DNA of 64,000 nt from Myxococcota bacterium. Its GTDB lineage: Bacteria > Myxococcota_A > UBA796 > CAJQPC01. The notes below the pieces were generated by a model that had not been told where the DNA came from, searched no databases, and saw nothing but the letters and a program-made list of their open reading frames with translations. This document shows positions 59,663 through 64,000 of the stretch, in pieces (the first letter of the stretch is position 1; every line of letters starts with the position of its first letter). The DNA lies in assembly GCA_036229005.1 (NCBI GenBank), contig JAZAMN010000062.1, forward strand, positions 1 to 64,000, in the 5' to 3' direction. The position numbers and the translations under genes are program-made.

Positions 59663-60793
59663 TCAGGCGATGCCCGAGACCTGGGCGGCCCGGTAGAGCA
59701 CAAAGCCCAGCCAGCCAAAGTAGAGCGCGAAGAGGGTGAGCGCCTTGCCGCGGCCGACCTTCTTCCCGGCCAGGAAGAGGGTCAGCACGATGCCGGTGAC
59801 CACCAGCAGGCCGATGCGCAGGACCTGGACGTCCGCGGAGTCGCCGAACTCGTGGGCGAGCTCGATGTTCCCGTAGACCAGGCCGTAGGCCAGCAGGGGC
59901 AGGCCCAGGGCCACGCAGATGTCGAAGATGTTGGAGCCCACGGCGTTGGCGACGGCGTCGTCGTAGTTGCCGTTCATGGCGTCGCGCACGGAGATCACGG
60001 TGTCGGGGACCGAGGTCGCCGCGGCCGCCAGGATGACCGTCGTGAAGTAGAGGGGCACGTCGAGCTGGTGTGCGGTCTCGACCACGGCCCAGGACAGGAA
60101 GTAGCAGGCGATGCCGATGACGGTGGTGGCCAGGCCCAGGACCACCCAGGCGCTGCCCGTGGTGAAGTCCTTGCCGCCGAAGAGCAGGGTGTTGAAGTCG
60201 AAGGTCAGCGCCGCCTTCCACAGCGGGGTGTCCTCGTCGTCGTCCTCGTCCTCATCGTCGTCGTCGTCCTCGTCGGGGACGGCGCGGCCGGTCTTGAACT
60301 GCCACATCAGGAAGGAGAAGTAGACCAGGTAGATGGCGATCAGCGCGCCGCCCATCCACCAGGTGAGCGTGGTGTCCCCCAGGAAGTAGATGAGGGCCAG
60401 CTCGGCGAGGACGAAGAAGGCGCCGTCCCGCAGGACCGTGCCCTTGTCCAGCTCGATGAAGGCCACCTTCTTGCGGGTGCCATCGGGCTGCTTGACGCCG
60501 ATGAACATCACCGCCATGACGCTCACGGCCGGGATGATGACCGCGTTGAACACGGCGGAGCCGGCGCAGGTGGCCACGCCGCCGGAGAATCCGTCTTCGT
60601 CCTTGAAGGCGAAGAGCAGGAAGGTCGCCGTCAGCAGCTCCGGCAGGGAGCTGGCGATGGCGTTGATGGTCGCGCCCTTCACGCCGGCTGGCATGTTCCG
60701 GCCGAGGTAGCCGCTCGCGTCCTCGAAGGGGTCGCAGGCGTACATGATCACGATGGAGGCGAGGACCACGGTCCCCAGTGCGGCGAAGAGCAT
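59663..60793 (-). CDS. Ca2+/cation antiporter (CaCA superfamily, NCKX-like signatures)
   Basis: Alpha-1 GATINAIASSLPEL...GSAVFN, alpha-2 AATSVPD...AVGSNIFDI, central poly-acidic loop, about ten TMs. Confidence 0.92.
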   Translation of the reverse strand: MLFAALGTVVLASIVIMYACDPFEDASGYLGRNMPAGVKGATINAIASSLPELLTATFLLFAFKDEDGFSGGVATCAGSAVFNAVIIPAVSVMAVMFIGVKQPDGTRKKVAFIELDKGTVLRDGAFFVLAELALIYFLGDTTLTWWMGGALIAIYLVYFSFLMWQFKTGRAVPDEDDDDDEDEDDDEDTPLWKAALTFDFNTLLFGGKDFTTGSAWVVLGLATTVIGIACYFLSWAVVETAHQLDVPLYFTTVILAAAATSVPDTVISVRDAMNGNYDDAVANAVGSNIFDICVALGLPLLAYGLVYGNIELAHEFGDSADVQVLRIGLLVVTGIVLTLFLAGKKVGRGKALTLFALYFGWLGFVLYRAAQVSGIA

Positions 60794-60901
60794 TCAGTCC
60801 TCAGCGCGGCGCGGGGCCGCGGGGGAGTCAGGGGAGGGGGGGCTCCCCTCGTCGGGACGCGGGCCAAGATCGGCCCTCGTCCCAGGCGCTGGGCCCACCG
60901 C

Positions 60902-61270
60902 TCAGGCGAGCAGGGCCTTGAGGGAGTCCGGCAGCTCGACCTTGCTGGCGAGGTGCTGCAGCAGCGCCTTCTCCAGGGGATCGACCTGCCCGTCTCCGCG
61001 GATGGACAGCTCCAGGAAGGCGGCCTCCTCGGCGTCGATGCTCCCGTTGGAGAAGTCGTCGTCGAGGACGTGGCTGGAGATGGCGTCGATGAAGAAGGGC
61101 CCCCAGCTCTCATGCGCGCTGGTCTTGGCGTCGTTGAGGGCGAAGAGGAACTTGGCCTCGTCGCGGTCGATGACGCCGTCCTCGAAGAGGATGGTGGAGA
61201 TGCGCTTGACCTCGGCGGCGTCGATGACGCCGTCCTCGAGGATCTCGGCCTTGAGCTGGTTCAGGTCCAT
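60902..61270 (-). CDS. Small acidic TerB-like protein with four DGxID..E repeats
   Basis: EDGVIDAAEV, EDGVIDRDEA, SNGSIDAEEA, GDGQVDPLEK. Confidence 0.8.
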   Translation of the reverse strand: MDLNQLKAEILEDGVIDAAEVKRISTILFEDGVIDRDEAKFLFALNDAKTSAHESWGPFFIDAISSHVLDDDFSNGSIDAEEAAFLELSIRGDGQVDPLEKALLQHLASKVELPDSLKALLA

Positions 61271-61277
61271 GTCTTCC

Positions 61278-61808
61278 TCAGCCGTTGATGATGTCGAGGA
61301 GCTGCTGCAGGTTGGTCAGACCCTTGAGCGTGCCCGCGCTGGAGGTGTTGACCAGCTTGGATCCGACGGGGCCGTTCTCGATCATGGCGATGGAGGCGAC
61401 GTTGCCGAAGGTGCCGGCGTCCAGGGTCACGCTGTGGCTGTTGCCGGTGTCGTCCATCACGGACAGGCTGATGTCCGAGTCCTGGAAGCGAGCGGGCTTG
61501 CCGGCCTGCACCTGGCCGTAGTCCCAGGCCAGCAGCCAGATGGCCTTCATGTCGTCGAGCTTGGTGATGCGAAGCTGCTCTTCGTTGTCGCCGCCGGCGT
61601 CACCCTGGCCCTCGTCGCCGGAGAGCTGGATGTAGGGGAAGTCGTTCAGGTCACCCAGATCGCCGAAGTACACCAGCCCGTAGCTGCCGTCCTTCTTCTG
61701 GTAGGCGGCCGCCAGGTCGAAGTCCGCTGCGGTGGTCCACTTCATGGTGACCAGGAGCTGCTTGAAGCTGCCGACGTTTGCGGAAGCGCCCTTCTGCTTG
61801 AGTTCCAT
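61278..61808 (-). CDS. Single-domain TerD-like stress protein
   Basis: MELKQKGASA...WTTAADFDL...LGDLNDFPYIQLSGDEG...DNEEQLRITKLDD. Clear paralog of the N-domain of 58372..59568. Confidence 0.85.
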   Translation of the reverse strand: MELKQKGASANVGSFKQLLVTMKWTTAADFDLAAAYQKKDGSYGLVYFGDLGDLNDFPYIQLSGDEGQGDAGGDNEEQLRITKLDDMKAIWLLAWDYGQVQAGKPARFQDSDISLSVMDDTGNSHSVTLDAGTFGNVASIAMIENGPVGSKLVNTSSAGTLKGLTNLQQLLDIING

Positions 61809-61931
61809 TCTTCCCTCTCTGTGGGTGACGTTTTCCGGGTGGCGCCGTGCCATGGACGCGCACCGGGTGAATCTGCCTACCACCCTGGGGTTTTGCGGAC
61901 AACTCCGATCCCCCGCTGGGCGCGGGCGCGC

Positions 61932-63053
61932 TCAGAACTCCTGCTTGCGCCGCTCCGCCGCCAGCCGCTCCGCGTGGGCCAGCCGCCGCTGCCGAGCCCG
62001 GAAGGCCACCACGCCCATGGACAGCAGCCCCAGCCCCATCGCGCCCGAGAGCATCAGCCAGGTGCTGTCGCCGACGGGGGACGGCCGCCGCTCCTGCAGC
62101 CACTGCTCCGGCTCCTCCCGGCCCAGGCGCTCCAGGCGCCGCAGGGTGCGCTCCTCCCAGTCCCAGCGCTCAAGCTGGCGCAGGATGTCTTCAGGGTCGG
62201 CGCCGCGGCGGTCGCTGGTCTGCCGGCTGGGGAAGAAGTGGTTGTCGTTGTTCCAGGCGCGCAGAGGCAGGTCGCTGTCCAGCAGCGGGTCGTCGGCGGC
62301 GACCACGGCCTCCAGGACCATGCCCTTGTCCAGCCAGCCGTTCCAGCCCAGGTCGGTGCAGCCCCGGGTGCAGCCGCCGATGGTGCCGGTGCCGTCCACG
62401 TGCAGGAAGACCCGCCCCTCAGGGCCCTCGATGAGTGGGGAGCCGGCCGGGGGCTCCACGCTGCTCAGGTCTCCCACGGAGCGCAGCAGGGCGGTGCTGA
62501 GGTGACCGCCGGGGCCCTCCTGCTTGCGCCAGCGCATCAGGTAGGGCGTGTACCCCAGCTCCAACAGCAGCGCCGACATCAGGATGGCGGCGTCGTCGCA
62601 GTCGCCTTGCTCGTCGACCAGCATCTCCACGGCGTACTTGGGGTACTCCGTCCAGCCCGTCTCCGCGTCCAGGTGGTAGTCCAGGGACTGCGAGATGCCC
62701 TGGACGTACCCGACCTTGACGGCGTCGGAGGTGATGCCCTGCTCAGTGAAGAAGGCCTCCAGGGCGCGGGCCAGGGGCTCCAGGTCCTGCTGGGAGGTCG
62801 CGATGAGCTCACTGGCCTGCGCGTGGGGGCCATTGCGCCGGGCCACGTAGGCGTCCACGGACACGCCGATCTCCACCCAGGCCAGCTCCTGGCAGGAGAC
62901 CTGGTAGCTGGGGCAGAAGGGCCAGGACAGCACGTGCACGCTGGGGTCGATGCTCTCCACCTGCCCGTGGGGCTGGTCGTCGTGGAACACCGCCGCGCTG
63001 CGGATGGCCGTGGAGGCCTGCGCGCTCAGCAGGCCGGAGAGCAGCAGCCACAT
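61932..63053 (-). CDS. Transglutaminase-like (Cys-His-Asp) exported protein with C-terminal TM
   Basis: MWLLLSGLLSAQA, EYPKYAVEMLVDEQGDCDDAAILMSALL..LGY, GHLS, VDGTG, TM and basic tail. Confidence 0.82.
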   Translation of the reverse strand: MWLLLSGLLSAQASTAIRSAAVFHDDQPHGQVESIDPSVHVLSWPFCPSYQVSCQELAWVEIGVSVDAYVARRNGPHAQASELIATSQQDLEPLARALEAFFTEQGITSDAVKVGYVQGISQSLDYHLDAETGWTEYPKYAVEMLVDEQGDCDDAAILMSALLLELGYTPYLMRWRKQEGPGGHLSTALLRSVGDLSSVEPPAGSPLIEGPEGRVFLHVDGTGTIGGCTRGCTDLGWNGWLDKGMVLEAVVAADDPLLDSDLPLRAWNNDNHFFPSRQTSDRRGADPEDILRQLERWDWEERTLRRLERLGREEPEQWLQERRPSPVGDSTWLMLSGAMGLGLLSMGVVAFRARQRRLAHAERLAAERRKQEF

Positions 63054-63054
63054 C

Positions 63055-63972
63055 TCAGAACTCCTCGCGGGCGCGGTCCCGCTTTCGCTTGGCGAGCACC
63101 TGGGCGCCCCGGCTGCGGTTCCGGAGCACCAGCGCCCCCATCCCGAACAGCACGGAGCCCAGGCCGACGCTGCCCAGCCACCAGGCCGCGTTTCCTTGCT
63201 GGGGGACAGCCGCGGGGGCCACTCGGGGCCTTGGGGCCGGCGTCGTGGGCTCCGGAGGGGGCAAGGGCCGGGCCTCCGATGCGCCGCCCGGATCGAACCC
63301 CGGGGCCTTGGCCTGGGCGAGTGACCAGGAGGCCAGCTCCGATGCCGCCGCCTCGGGAGCCAGGTGGGCGTTGGGGTGCAGGGTGTAGAGCACGCCGCCG
63401 CCGGGCAGCCCGACAAGGACCGTGTCCGGTGGCGGGGTCCCGCCGCTGCGCAGCCCGAAGGCCACACCGGCGGTGGTCGTTGGGCAGGGGTAACGCACCA
63501 GCTCCGCCTCCAGGCCCAGCGCGTCCACCAAGGCCAGGCTCACCAGCGCGGCCGACAGGGTGTCCGCGGACTCCGGGTCCAGGAGGAGCTGCCAAGGCTG
63601 GAGCAGCTCGGGGCCCCGCGCCAGGGCGACCTCGTGTTCGAAGCTGCCGTTCTGCATCAGCCCGACCACCTGGGCGATCTGCAGCGGTGCGGTCTGGGCC
63701 GAGGGCAGCCCGGCTGCCCGGAGCGCGTCCAGCAGCCCCTCGATCTGCTCGGCCTGGAGCTGCTCTGAGGGGGAGGTGGCGGCGGGGGGCGCCTGGGTCC
63801 AGGAGATGGGGACCTGCACGTGCACGGTCCACGGGGTGGTGTCCGGCGGCAGGACGCGCGCGAGCTCCTCGACCTCGTGCTGGGGGACAGCGACCTCGCG
63901 GGCGGTGACGAGCCCCGGGTCCAAGCGCACAGAGAAGGCGGCGGAGGAGGTGGGGATCAGGGCCAGCAGCAT
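63055..63972 (-). CDS. Transglutaminase-like paralog, probably inactive, with C-terminal TM
   Basis: Collinear with its neighbour but ADTLSAA replaces GDCDDAA; Pro/Ala linker, TM, basic tail. Start is ATG 63972 or GTG 63984. Confidence 0.68.
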   Translation of the reverse strand: MLLALIPTSSAAFSVRLDPGLVTAREVAVPQHEVEELARVLPPDTTPWTVHVQVPISWTQAPPAATSPSEQLQAEQIEGLLDALRAAGLPSAQTAPLQIAQVVGLMQNGSFEHEVALARGPELLQPWQLLLDPESADTLSAALVSLALVDALGLEAELVRYPCPTTTAGVAFGLRSGGTPPPDTVLVGLPGGGVLYTLHPNAHLAPEAAASELASWSLAQAKAPGFDPGGASEARPLPPPEPTTPAPRPRVAPAAVPQQGNAAWWLGSVGLGSVLFGMGALVLRNRSRGAQVLAKRKRDRAREEF

Positions 63973-64000
63973 CGAGATCCCCACCTAAAGACACGCCTCC

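Overview
Very GC-rich (roughly 70% by eye), densely coded bacterial chromosomal segment, most likely from a Myxococcota-like organism (inferred from a MYXO-CTERM-like tail, an NtrC-family sigma54 regulator, a DUF1501/CxxCH cluster and a MopE-like motif). About 57 protein genes are supported. In order: dnaK-dnaJ running directly into a MoxR/DUF58/BatA-E cluster; a B12-binding radical SAM enzyme; an M14 carboxypeptidase; an enoyl-CoA hydratase; a six-gene lipoprotein/cytochrome c/DUF1501/PA14 cluster; a beta-helix protein; an NtrC regulator and a histidine kinase; ppiC-surA-pdxA; four tandem divergent Cys-containing lipoprotein paralogs; hflX; a degenerate Leu dehydrogenase; a GH13 lipoprotein; nfeD-like plus two flotillins; endonuclease I; an LRR protein; homogentisate catabolism genes (FAH, maiA, hmgA); three Tad pseudopilins; a Ter-like cluster around an NCKX-like Ca2+/cation antiporter; and a pair of transglutaminase-like proteins. 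I saw no rRNA, tRNA, CRISPR array, transposase or integrase. The most striking observations are: (1) window-wide use of ultra-short, uncharged signal peptides (lipobox Cys at residue 8-12), often followed by D-[S/T]-[G/A] linkers; (2) a TerD/TerB/TerA-M48 cluster with a Ca2+ antiporter but no terC; (3) an unnamed four-Cys lipoprotein paralog array; (4) a stand-alone NusA-N-terminal-domain-like protein; (5) several probable pseudoenzymes. All family calls come from motif recognition by eye, with no database searches. Start codons were often trimmed relative to the ORF track using RBS and stop/start overlaps.
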